From positions 1,600,001 through 1,664,000 of the forward strand of contig CBDFJF010000002.1 of the NCBI GenBank assembly GCA_965248265.1: 64,000 nucleotides of DNA, in the 5' to 3' direction. Position numbers and translations under genes: made by a program. Origin of the DNA: Candidatus Latescibacterota bacterium. Lineage in GTDB: Bacteria > Latescibacterota > UBA2968 > UBA8231. The notes beneath the pieces were generated by a model that saw only the letters and a list, made by a program, of their open reading frames with translations, searched no databases and was not told where the DNA came from. Of this stretch, positions 1 through 8,749 are shown piece after piece. Every line of letters begins with the position of its first letter. The stretch's first letter is position 1.

Positions 1-452
1 ACGGTTATAACGAAACCGACCTTCTGGTCCTGGGGGAGGGTAAGCTGCTGGCTGCAAGTCGCACAAACAGAACCGCCGAGACCGGGATTTTCGCCTCGAG
101 TGACGCAGGGCAATCCTGGACCTGTCGGGGTCCGGTAACACAGCCCCGGCACATGCCGGCACATCTTCAGCAGCTGCAGGACACGTCGATCTTGCTAACC
201 TATGGCGTGCGCCTGCGGGGTATGCTCGGTGTCTGCGCCAGCATCAGTCGCGATGAGGGTGCCACCTGGGATGATCCGCGTGTTCTGTTCAACACACCAG
301 CCTACCAGTCGGATACCAGCAGCAAAGGAACGGACGGAGGGTATCCGGCCAGCGTGCAGTTAACCGACGCCACCATTGTCACTGCCTACTACTGCGAACA
401 CATTCCCATGCATTCTCGCTATCACATGGGTGTCGTACGGTGGCGGCCATGA
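1..452 (+). CDS. BNR/Asp-box (sialidase-like) protein, 5'-truncated by window edge
   Basis: Frame open from nt 3 (GYNETDLL...); Asp-boxes SSDAGQSW and SRDEGATW; C-terminal DGGYP...TAYY typical of BNR propellers. Confidence 0.8.
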   Translation, partial: GYNETDLLVLGEGKLLAASRTNRTAETGIFASSDAGQSWTCRGPVTQPRHMPAHLQQLQDTSILLTYGVRLRGMLGVCASISRDEGATWDDPRVLFNTPAYQSDTSSKGTDGGYPASVQLTDATIVTAYYCEHIPMHSRYHMGVVRWRP

Positions 453-1057
453 ATGAGCTGCTTCCCGGTCTGCACCACTGGCGGACCCACAATTCCGATA
501 TTGATGGCGATGTCGACTGCTACTGGGCAACCTCTGCCGGCGTCAGCTATGTGTTGGATCCTCTGGCGCCCTCAGCAGGCCTTGATGTCTTCGATGGCGA
601 CAGGGCGCCTTCCCACGTTTACATGACCAACCGCCTGCACGATCGCAGCTGCGATGAGTTCGCGCAACGATTCGGCGCTACCGTGTGGTGTCCGCGCGCC
701 GGTCTGCATGAGTATGCCGATGGCAGCTTGAACGTCACCGCCTACGATTCCGGTGAGCTGCCTGGAGGCGTGCTGGCTTTCGATATCGGCGTCATCTGTG
801 CGGACGAAATGGCTTTGTTGCTACCGGTGGACGATGGCGTGCTGGCCATTGCCGACAGCTTCATTCGTTACGGAGATGACATCGGCTTCGTACCGGACTA
901 TCTGATGGGTGACAATTCCGAGGACATTAAATCGCGTACCAAGACTCGGTTTCTGGAGCTGTGCGAGGAAGTCGACTTCGAGCATCTGGTCTTCGCTCAT
1001 GGTACGCCGATCATCGGCGGGGCGCGCGACATCCTGGGGCGGTTCTGCGAAGGGTAG
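449..1057 (+). CDS. Metallo-beta-lactamase-fold protein, degenerate metal motif
   Basis: ATGA overlap with upstream stop; VLDP, MTNRLHDR (variant of THxHxDH), IADS, VFAHG. Confidence 0.65.
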   Translation: MNELLPGLHHWRTHNSDIDGDVDCYWATSAGVSYVLDPLAPSAGLDVFDGDRAPSHVYMTNRLHDRSCDEFAQRFGATVWCPRAGLHEYADGSLNVTAYDSGELPGGVLAFDIGVICADEMALLLPVDDGVLAIADSFIRYGDDIGFVPDYLMGDNSEDIKSRTKTRFLELCEEVDFEHLVFAHGTPIIGGARDILGRFCEG

Positions 1058-1160
1058 GTAGGTACACCGCGAGCACCGTGTGGGGGTGTGAAGCGACGCT
1101 ACTTCCCGGGTTCTGGCCAATCTGCTACGCAGGTCTCTTGCCCCGCGAACCGTTGGCAGT

Positions 1161-1189
1161 TGGTTTTATGCTTACCCCCTACGTATATT
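1161..1189 (+). promoter_or_regulatory. Putative sigma70 promoter giving a leaderless mRNA
   Basis: TTGGTT(1161-1166)-N17-TATATT(1184-1189); ATG 7 nt downstream; no Shine-Dalgarno. Confidence 0.45.
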
Positions 1190-1196
1190 CTAGATT

Positions 1197-1646
1197 ATGA
1201 AAATGCCTAAGGAAATCCGTGAGCAGTTTCGGCGTCACGGCCGCGACGGCGGCCAGGCTCGGGCAGAGCGCATGAGTCCGGCCGCGAGACGAGCGGTGGC
1301 ACGTCGAGCCGCAACTACGAGGTGGATTCGACAACGTTTCGGGGCTTCGAGTTTTGAAGCACTGGGCTTGCCCGGTGGAGAGGTGATCGACACTGGTCTT
1401 GCCGATCTCGCCGCAGGAAAAGCGACGGAGGAGAGCATGCTAGTCTCCCTTGCGGCGTCTCGCCTGCGTCGAGAAGGTGTGCCCATCGGGCAGGTTCATT
1501 CAGACCCTGAAGATCGTCTCTACGATCTGCTAGCGCGTTCCAGCGATCTGGCACACGCTCGGTACGGCGCCTACCTGCGCCAAGCCACTTCCTTTGCAGA
1601 CGCGTGTCACGTAGCACGCATCGATCAGCGCGAAAGTGCGCGGTAA
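1197..1646 (+). CDS. Hypothetical protein with basic N-terminal helix motif; partner of DUF6036 NTase
   Basis: 149 aa; GRDGGQARAERMSPAARRAVARRAATTRW then GLPGGEVIDTGLADL...; overlaps next gene by 11 nt. Confidence 0.75.
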   Translation: MKMPKEIREQFRRHGRDGGQARAERMSPAARRAVARRAATTRWIRQRFGASSFEALGLPGGEVIDTGLADLAAGKATEESMLVSLAASRLRREGVPIGQVHSDPEDRLYDLLARSSDLAHARYGAYLRQATSFADACHVARIDQRESAR

Positions 1647-2175
1647 GCTCACACGCGAGGGGCTCAAGAGCCTGATGAAGGAACTCGCGCGGTCATCGGC
1701 GGATTCGCAGTCGAGCAGAGTCTTCATTGTCGGGGGTGGGACGGCGGTTCTCTCAGGTTGGCGCGCTTCCACCATCGACGCCGACCTGCACAGCGACAGC
1801 GACGAAGTCTTTCGAGATATCCAGGCTATCAAGGAGCGCCTCCAACTAAATGTCGAGTTCGCGCGTCCTGAACAATTCGTTCCCGAACTCGCCGGTAGCG
1901 AGACACGCCACGTCTTCATCGAGACGATTGGTAGCGTGAGCTTTTTCCATTACGATCCCTACGCGCAGCTGTTGTCAAAGATTGTAAGGGGGTTCGACAG
2001 GGACTTGGAGGATGCCAGGAACTTTTTCTCGAGCGGAATGGTCGATGTGGAGCGCTTCCGGTCCCTGGTGTACCAGATTCCCGAAGCGGCTTACTCATTG
2101 TACCCGGCTCTTTCCCGGACAGCCGTCGAGGGAGCCGTGGATGGTTTCCTGGATGAAGGGGAGAGCCAGTCTTGA
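1636..2175 (+). CDS. DUF6036-like nucleotidyltransferase (Pol-beta superfamily, AbiEii-like)
   Basis: VFIVGGGTAV..GWRASTIDADL (GG + TxDxD), SKIVRGFDRDLED. Confidence 0.75.
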   Translation: MRGKLTREGLKSLMKELARSSADSQSSRVFIVGGGTAVLSGWRASTIDADLHSDSDEVFRDIQAIKERLQLNVEFARPEQFVPELAGSETRHVFIETIGSVSFFHYDPYAQLLSKIVRGFDRDLEDARNFFSSGMVDVERFRSLVYQIPEAAYSLYPALSRTAVEGAVDGFLDEGESQS

Positions 2176-2208
2176 CCCAGGAAGTCTCCACGTTCATCGT
2201 TGCCCTCT

Positions 2209-3273
2209 TCAAGACTCGAGCTGGGCCGCGACCTGGTTGAGAACGCGATGAATTTCGGCCAGGGCTTCTGAATCGATCCCTTGTCCCAGGAGACGCCAGC
2301 TGGCAGGGTTGGTGCCGCCTGCTTCCAACGGTTCGTAAAGAAACTGGATCGCCAACCGAAAGGTTCCCGCGCGCTCACGGTCATGAAGCGTGGCTCGAAC
2401 GATGCGTCCCAGTAGCCAGAATCGCGGCGGAATTTCCGCACGCACGTCTTCGATGTTGTGGGGCAGGCTCAGGCTGGCTTGGATGGTGAGCAGAACAAGG
2501 TCAGGCCGCTGCAGCGCGCGCTCCATGTTCTTTGCAGCGGACGTCGCTGCCAGCACCAGCGCAAGCTCCTCGTCTCCCTCGATCTGTATTCCAGTCACGC
2601 TGAAATTCACTACCCGCACTGTGCACGGGTCGGAGACTGTGAGTCCTGGAGTGGCTGCGATCAGTCGTTCCTGCTTTTTCTGATTTTCCGGCGCGGGTAG
2701 ATTGGTCAGGCTCAGGGAGCACGCCATCGAAACGTAGCGAACAGCATCACCGGTCGGTAAGCTGTCATTGCCATGCACCGATGAGCCGTCGAAGGAAAAG
2801 CGCATGATTTCACGTCTGTCGGCATTGGTCACTTCACCCTGAGAGCGGACTCTATAGAGCCGTCCTTTCTCCAAACCTAACCGATTCCGCAAGCGCCTGG
2901 ACAGACGCCGGCGGGTTACAAATCTCACCGTCAGGGTGTAGGGTATGCCAGCGTGATTGAAGCGTATGCTCATGAGCTTGGTCAGGAGCCGGACCCTGCG
3001 GGGTGGATCAGAAATGGCGACGTAAAAACCTGTCAGCTTGCGCGAAATTTTCCCCGAGCTGTCTCGCAGGATCAATCCACGACCGCCCCAAGTCTGCTCC
3101 CCGTCTTGGTGACTGGTCACAAAGACTTCGTTCACGGAGACGTCATCGAGGTAGTCGAGAACGCGCCGCCGTTCGTCGCGCGCCTGGCGGCGGCGTAGCA
3201 TAACCACGGCGACAGTGGCCGCAGCGAGGAGGATGAGGAGGCCGGCAAGAGCCCACGATGTATCGAATGTCAT
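2209..3273 (-). CDS. Membrane-anchored PilZ-like (putative c-di-GMP effector) protein
   Basis: N-terminal TM helix followed by RRR; RxxxR (REIMR); NxSxxG (NFSVTG); PilZ-like end GRIVR...FRLAIQF. Start may be 3309. Confidence 0.6.
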   Translation of the reverse strand: MTFDTSWALAGLLILLAAATVAVVMLRRRQARDERRRVLDYLDDVSVNEVFVTSHQDGEQTWGGRGLILRDSSGKISRKLTGFYVAISDPPRRVRLLTKLMSIRFNHAGIPYTLTVRFVTRRRLSRRLRNRLGLEKGRLYRVRSQGEVTNADRREIMRFSFDGSSVHGNDSLPTGDAVRYVSMACSLSLTNLPAPENQKKQERLIAATPGLTVSDPCTVRVVNFSVTGIQIEGDEELALVLAATSAAKNMERALQRPDLVLLTIQASLSLPHNIEDVRAEIPPRFWLLGRIVRATLHDRERAGTFRLAIQFLYEPLEAGGTNPASWRLLGQGIDSEALAEIHRVLNQVAAQLES

Positions 3274-3280
3274 CGTTCGA

Positions 3281-4027
3281 TCAGTAGGTCGCTCGTCCGC
3301 CGCTGACATCGAAGCACTGCCCCGTGGTGAACGTCGACTCCTCCGAGGCGAGGAACAGGATGGTCGCCGCTACTTCCTCGGGCCGGCCGAGTCTGCCGAG
3401 GGGGATCTTCGATGTCAGGAAATCAACGCGTTCTCTTTCCATCCCCTGCAGTATCGGAGTGTCGATCAAGGCCGGTGCTACGCAGTTGACGCGGATGCCG
3501 TCCGTCAGGACTTCCTTGGCGAGTGCCTTGGTAAAGCAGATGACCCCCGCCTTTGACACGGAGTAGGGCGCCATGTTGGCGTTCCCCTCCTTGCCGGAGA
3601 TGGATGCCAGGGAGACGATGGCTCCCGCCTTTTTCGGGATCATGTGGCGGACAGCGGCGCGCGAGCACAGGAAGGTCCCCGTCAGGTTGATGTCCAGGAC
3701 GCGACTCCAGTCCGCCTCGTCGAGGTCCCTCACGGGTGTGTCGCTTCCGACAATGCCGGCGTTGTTGACCAGAATGTCTACGCCACCAAGCCGATCGACG
3801 ACTTCGGCGAAAGCCCGGTCCACTTCGTCTGCCCTGGCCACGTCAGCGCCGACGGCGATGGTGGATCCCCCGATCTGCTCGGCTGCCCGCTGCGCTGCGT
3901 CCAGATCCACGTCCAGGATGGCAACCTGTCCTCCTTCGGTGGCAAAACGCTGGGCGATGGCATAGCCGATGCCCTGCGCCGCTCCCGTGACAACGGCGGT
4001 TTTCTGATTGAGCGGTTGTGCATTCAT
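3281..4027 (-). CDS. SDR family oxidoreductase (FabG-like)
   Basis: TGAAQGIG, NNAG, YSVSK; ATG 4027 overlaps upstream TGA, preceded by GAAGG. Confidence 0.9.
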   Translation of the reverse strand: MNAQPLNQKTAVVTGAAQGIGYAIAQRFATEGGQVAILDVDLDAAQRAAEQIGGSTIAVGADVARADEVDRAFAEVVDRLGGVDILVNNAGIVGSDTPVRDLDEADWSRVLDINLTGTFLCSRAAVRHMIPKKAGAIVSLASISGKEGNANMAPYSVSKAGVICFTKALAKEVLTDGIRVNCVAPALIDTPILQGMERERVDFLTSKIPLGRLGRPEEVAATILFLASEESTFTTGQCFDVSGGRATY

Positions 4028-5586
4028 AGGACACCTTCCTTCGGTGTGCTGTCCGCTGGTCCTCCGGTTGTGAAAACCCGGAAGTGTCCGTCCTGGTATG
4101 TTCTCCGCAAGGCGGTGCAATCCTCCAGCTGTTCCTCGGTGACAACGTGTGTCACTCCATATCGCGATACAATCTCTCGCAAGTGGTGACAACGCGACTC
4201 GGCTGCCCCTTCATAGAATTGGCTGGCATCCTTCACTCGGGCATGCCAGTCTATGACCTCGATGTCTCGGTACGGATGCGTCTTGTAATCCACCAGGATT
4301 GCCGCACCCGTACGCAACCTGAATCGATCCATCCAGATCGGTATCAAATAGAGGTCGCTTTTTGACTTTGTGGCGTCCACGAAGTTCATCATCGGAATGT
4401 AGTCTTCTTCGATGAGATGCCTTTGCTTGAGGTGGAATCCAACGACTCCCGAAAGAAAAAGTAACCCGAGTATCGTCATACAGGACCAATCTATCGACTT
4501 ACGGAATTCTTCAACTTTGTCATTGTGTTTTTGCATGAAAAAGGATACGGCCCCGGCCACCAGAATAGCGGCAGCCAAAGGCATCAGAAAACTGGAAATA
4601 CGCCAGGGAAATAGCAGTGCCATGAATTTGCTCTCAGTCGAGACCTGAATCAGTGTCAGCGACGCGCTCAAGGCGAATGGTATTCCCAGGACAAGACGCA
4701 AACCTCTCTGCTTCCTCAACACGCAGAGCGTCAAGACAATGAGAGCAATCTTGAATGAGGCTCGGCTGTCAATCCAATTGCTGACCACGGCGTGGTGTGG
4801 AATCCGGTAATCGATCAGAATGCTCTGGGCATGATCGAGGCTCTCCGGAGAGGTGGGCGCGAAGGATGCGTAGGTGTACAGAACGACGGGTATGACGATG
4901 ATTACTCCGAGCAAACCAGTATAAAGTGCTTCTCTGTAGTTTTTATCGTGCAGAACGAGTGCGCTCATGTACGACAGGACGAGTGATGCCGCACTCAGGA
5001 GGTACGAGGCGTGCACGGTGGCCGCGACGCCCAACCACAGTACGGCAATCAGTGGTTTCTTGCGGAGGAAGACATATATCGATAACAGCAGAAAGACACC
5101 AAAAGTGCTGGGTTGGAATACCGATCCCAGGATGTATTGCTCTGCTACTCCGTCCTGAAAAAAAGCCCTCATATCGACGCCGGTCGCCTTCGACGTCAGC
5201 CATTGGAAAGCACCAGAGCTCATGCCGGCAACGACAACGAAGCTCAAACGATACGCTCTGCTTGACCGGTCGATTTCCCAGGCAATCGAGACGATCCCCA
5301 TGGTGCTGTAAATGAAGACACCGAGGATCAGTGCGTAGTAGACGTAGAAGAGGACCTCGGATAAGCAGGTATACGTTGTGTGTATCAACAGGCTGAAGAC
5401 AGGGAATGGATCTGTCGTGTTTGCCACCCAATCATCAGCCAGGTGTCCCAGACCGCCCTCGGCCAATCCACGCAACAGGTAGGTGTTTTGATTCGAAGTA
5501 TACAGGGGGCTCTGCACGTAAGCGACGGAAAAAATCGTCCCAAGCCATAGAAACCATACAATCGACGATCGGCGTGATGTGGGCAC
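4024..5586 (-). CDS. DUF6798-like polytopic membrane protein (possible GT-C glycosyltransferase-like)
   Basis: GTG 5586 after AGGAG; many TM segments; SNQNTY..G.L.DDW..NT.DPFP, RIPHH, FPWRIS. Confidence 0.65.
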   Translation of the reverse strand: MPTSRRSSIVWFLWLGTIFSVAYVQSPLYTSNQNTYLLRGLAEGGLGHLADDWVANTTDPFPVFSLLIHTTYTCLSEVLFYVYYALILGVFIYSTMGIVSIAWEIDRSSRAYRLSFVVVAGMSSGAFQWLTSKATGVDMRAFFQDGVAEQYILGSVFQPSTFGVFLLLSIYVFLRKKPLIAVLWLGVAATVHASYLLSAASLVLSYMSALVLHDKNYREALYTGLLGVIIVIPVVLYTYASFAPTSPESLDHAQSILIDYRIPHHAVVSNWIDSRASFKIALIVLTLCVLRKQRGLRLVLGIPFALSASLTLIQVSTESKFMALLFPWRISSFLMPLAAAILVAGAVSFFMQKHNDKVEEFRKSIDWSCMTILGLLFLSGVVGFHLKQRHLIEEDYIPMMNFVDATKSKSDLYLIPIWMDRFRLRTGAAILVDYKTHPYRDIEVIDWHARVKDASQFYEGAAESRCHHLREIVSRYGVTHVVTEEQLEDCTALRRTYQDGHFRVFTTGGPADSTPKEGVL

Positions 5587-5597
5587 GGGTGAATCTC

Positions 5598-5970
5598 CTA
5601 CATGGGCGAGATCAGGTTGCCCCGCATCCCGGTGAGCCAGTCGATGACCAACCAGGTTCCGGCTACCGTCGCCTCTCCCAGTATCAACCCCAGAAACAGC
5701 GGCTTGAGCTTGTAGTAGAGTCCGGCGCCTCCGTACCTGAGGATGGACAGCTTCAGCAGCCATGCCACGAACACGGAGAACCAGATCTGGCCGGTCATCC
5801 AGCCGACACAGATGACGAAACCAAGCGGGTGCAGGGGCCACCAGTGCAAGCGGTGCTGGGCAAGCATCAGTAACCCCTCGATGGCGGCGCCCAAACCGGT
5901 GAACAGCCAACCCCGTATGTCGGGGGTGCTGGGGTTGAGAATGGGACGCGACTCGGTGAGGAATAAATGG
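5598..5970 (-). pseudogene. DUF6784-like C-terminal fragment of a DUF6785/DUF6784 membrane protein
   Basis: WWPLHPLGF, WFSVFVAWLLK..ILRYGG..LY..LKPLFLGLILGE; large N-terminal part absent; no convincing start. Confidence 0.55.
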
Positions 5971-6113
5971 GCGCTTTTCAGACTGGCGGTCAAGAGAGGG
6001 GTGTGAGCCGTTGGCGACGAATCGGTGAATCGCTGAGTTTGCACCTCCTGATGCACAGCCGGCCTGTGTCGCCGGAACATCTAACAAACACAAGGATCTC
6101 TATAGGAGTTACC

Positions 6114-6902
6114 ATGAAACTGGGCTTGATGCAGGTCCACCCGGTGGAACCGAGCGAACTGCGGTCACTGGGTTTCGAAGCAATCCAGATGTTCTTCAAG
6201 GGAAATCAGCACGACGATGCCCTCGATCTCGCAACAGAGGAGATCGATGAGACGTTGAAAGCCGGAGACTCGGTGTTGGCGGCGATGACCCTGCACATGG
6301 ATCTGGTGGGGCCGCAGGGAGCGGTACCGGCCGACATCGAACGGGCGGTGCGTTGCGTTGCCAAGACGGCTGCGTTAAAGGGGCGGTTTGGCGACAACGA
6401 GAAGCCTGTGCTGGTTTGGCATCCCTCCAAGTACCCGGAAGACGATGCGACCGACGACCAGGCGGTAGTCGATGGCCTATGTGAAGGACTCGGGGCGATG
6501 TGCTCGGCAGCGGAACAACAAGGAGTCGTGGTCGCCGTCGAGATCACTCGCCCCGGTAGCGTGGGAGGAGCTGAAGCGTTTCTTCGGATCAAGGATCGGG
6601 TCGGCTCTGAGGCGCTGAAGGTGTGTATGGATGCGGCCAACTTTGTTCCCGACCGCACTCCTCTGAAGCGAGCGGTGAGAATGCTGGGTCCGGATATCAC
6701 CATCGCCCATGGCAAGGATTCGCGTTTTGATGAGAACGGAGAGGCCTGTCACTACGGTCCCACAGGCTCTGGCGTGTTGGATTACCAGGAGTATATCGGT
6801 TGCCTGCTGGAATACGCTTCAGTGCCGTACTTCGTGCTTGAGTACTATCAGTCACGTGAGGATTTACTGAAGGCGCGGGATATCGTCCAGCAGTACCTGT
6901 AA
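6114..6902 (+). CDS. Sugar phosphate isomerase/epimerase (xylose-isomerase-like TIM barrel)
   Basis: AGGAG RBS; metal ligands AVE, MDAAN, HGKD, VLEY; G.G.LDY. Confidence 0.85.
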   Translation: MKLGLMQVHPVEPSELRSLGFEAIQMFFKGNQHDDALDLATEEIDETLKAGDSVLAAMTLHMDLVGPQGAVPADIERAVRCVAKTAALKGRFGDNEKPVLVWHPSKYPEDDATDDQAVVDGLCEGLGAMCSAAEQQGVVVAVEITRPGSVGGAEAFLRIKDRVGSEALKVCMDAANFVPDRTPLKRAVRMLGPDITIAHGKDSRFDENGEACHYGPTGSGVLDYQEYIGCLLEYASVPYFVLEYYQSREDLLKARDIVQQYL

Positions 6903-6929
6903 CACAACATCGGCATGCTCGTCTCGGAA

Positions 6930-6999
6930 GCCACCACGTGAGGTAGCGCTCGAAGACCCCGAGGCCTTTGCTTTGATCCCTTGTCTGTTGCTCGTCCAT
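6930..6999 (-). pseudogene. 5' stub of an Acr3-type arsenite efflux gene
   Basis: MDEQQTRDQSKGLGVFERYLTWW matches the Acr3 N-terminal GxFERYLTxW motif; similarity stops abruptly. Confidence 0.55.
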
Positions 7000-7077
7000 A
7001 CGCAGTGTGGCTACCTTGCCTTCCCGTAGAACAGGTGTTACGGGAATATTGCAGAGCCTCAATACAGCGCGGAGCAG

Positions 7078-7851
7078 ATGATGCAGGAGCAAAACGCAGA
7101 TCCGTTCAAGCTAGTGGGGCAAGTAGCTCTCATAACCGGTGGCGGCACTGGAATAGGTCTCGGGTGTGCCCAGGCCTTCGTGGCCCAGGGCGCCAAAGTG
7201 GTGATCAGCGGCCGTCGCGAAGATGTTTTGAAGAAGGCGGTGCAGGAACTCGGTCCTCAAGCCGATTTTCGCGTGCATGATGTAACCGATTTTTCCGCTG
7301 CCGACGGCCTGATCGAATCAGTCGAAGAGCAGCATGGTGCACTGACCGCTCTGATCAACAACGCCGGCCACGCGGTCAAAAAACCAACGGTGGAGTTGAG
7401 TGAAGAGGAGATGCTCGGCGTCTTCGACGTTCATGTGCGTGGAGTTTTTTCACTGAGCAAACATGCGGCTACACGCATGATGGAGTCCGGTGGAGGCAGC
7501 ATCCTCTTCATGGCATCGATGGCGTCACTGATCGGCATTCCCTACATCGCCGCGTACGCGGCGGCCAAGTCCGCTCATCTGGGCATGGTGCGGACAATGG
7601 CAGTAGAATGGTCGCCGAAAGGAGTACGCGTTAACGCCATCGCCCCGGGATGGATTCTCACCGATATGACCAGGGAGACGGTGCTCAAAGACGCCGAACG
7701 GGAAAAAAAGATTCTAGCCCGCACACCGATGGATGAGTTTGGCGAACCAGAAGACATCGGCTGGGCAGCGGCGTTCCTGGCCTCTCCGGCCGCCCGATTC
7801 ATCACCGGTGTTTGTCTTCCGGTCGATGGCGGGGTTTCGATCGGGTTCTGA
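7078..7851 (+). CDS. SDR oxidoreductase (gluconate 5-dehydrogenase/KduD-like)
   Basis: TGGGTGIG, NNAG, YAAAK, RVNAIAPGWI, VDGG. Confidence 0.9.
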   Translation: MMQEQNADPFKLVGQVALITGGGTGIGLGCAQAFVAQGAKVVISGRREDVLKKAVQELGPQADFRVHDVTDFSAADGLIESVEEQHGALTALINNAGHAVKKPTVELSEEEMLGVFDVHVRGVFSLSKHAATRMMESGGGSILFMASMASLIGIPYIAAYAAAKSAHLGMVRTMAVEWSPKGVRVNAIAPGWILTDMTRETVLKDAEREKKILARTPMDEFGEPEDIGWAAAFLASPAARFITGVCLPVDGGVSIGF

Positions 7852-7852
7852 T

Positions 7853-8749
7853 ATGTTCGAGGGCTTTGAACGCAAAACGGTGGCGGTAAATGAGGTAGCA
7901 ATCAACCTGGTGCACGGCGGCAGCGGTCCTCCTTTGTTGCTGCTGCACGGATACCCGCAGACACATGTCGAGTGGCACAAGATGGCTCCGGAGTTGGCCA
8001 GGCAATTCAGCGTCGTCGTGCCGGATCTGCGCGGCTATGGCGACAGCTCCAAGCCACCCGCTGCCGACGGCGATCTCAGCGTCTACTGCAAACGCACGAC
8101 CGCGCGGGATCAGGTCGAGGTTATGGCTGAACTCGGCTTCGACTCCTTCCATGTCGTCGGGCACGATCGCGGCGTCAGGGTCGGCCAACGCATGGCACTG
8201 GATCATGGCGATTGTGTCAAAAGTCTTACCTCACTCGATGTGGTACCCTCCCAGGCGGCCTTTGAAAGCATGGACAGTCAACTGGCGTTCTCATGGTTTC
8301 ACTGGCATCTGATGCGACAACCGTCGCCGCTGCCGGAGACGATGATCGGCAACAGTGTCGAGATGTACCTGGATTTTCTGTTGGAGACCTGGTGCTCCAC
8401 TGAGGGTGCGATTACGGATGAAGCGCACGCCGAGTACCTGCGCTGTTTCAGGGATCCGGAAACAATTCGTGCCAGCTGTCTTGATTACCGCGGCGTGGAA
8501 CTCGATCTGCAGCATGATGAGGTCGATCGGGGACGCAAGCTGGATTGTCCGGTGCTTGTGCTATGGGGTGGGGTCATGCCCAAGAGGCCCGGCTGGCAGA
8601 CGGGAAGGAGCCTGGACATGCTTGAAGTGTGGCGGGAGCGGGCTCATGACGTGCGTGGGAAGACCTTGAACTGCGGGCACTTCCTGCCGGAGGAGAGGCC
8701 AAAGGAGACAACGGCGGAGATTCTCGGGTTCTTGCGGGAGATAGATTGA
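7853..8749 (+). CDS. Alpha/beta hydrolase, fluoroacetate/haloacetate dehalogenase-like
   Basis: LHGYPQTH, PDLRGYG, GHDRGVRV, WFHW, DYR, CGHFLPEE. Confidence 0.85.
   Translation: MFEGFERKTVAVNEVAINLVHGGSGPPLLLLHGYPQTHVEWHKMAPELARQFSVVVPDLRGYGDSSKPPAADGDLSVYCKRTTARDQVEVMAELGFDSFHVVGHDRGVRVGQRMALDHGDCVKSLTSLDVVPSQAAFESMDSQLAFSWFHWHLMRQPSPLPETMIGNSVEMYLDFLLETWCSTEGAITDEAHAEYLRCFRDPETIRASCLDYRGVELDLQHDEVDRGRKLDCPVLVLWGGVMPKRPGWQTGRSLDMLEVWRERAHDVRGKTLNCGHFLPEERPKETTAEILGFLREID

Noticed and set aside
4024-6093. 689-aa ORF as one protein
   Set aside because: The first 169 codons shadow the DUF6784 frame; RBS + GTG at 5586 gives the plausible start.
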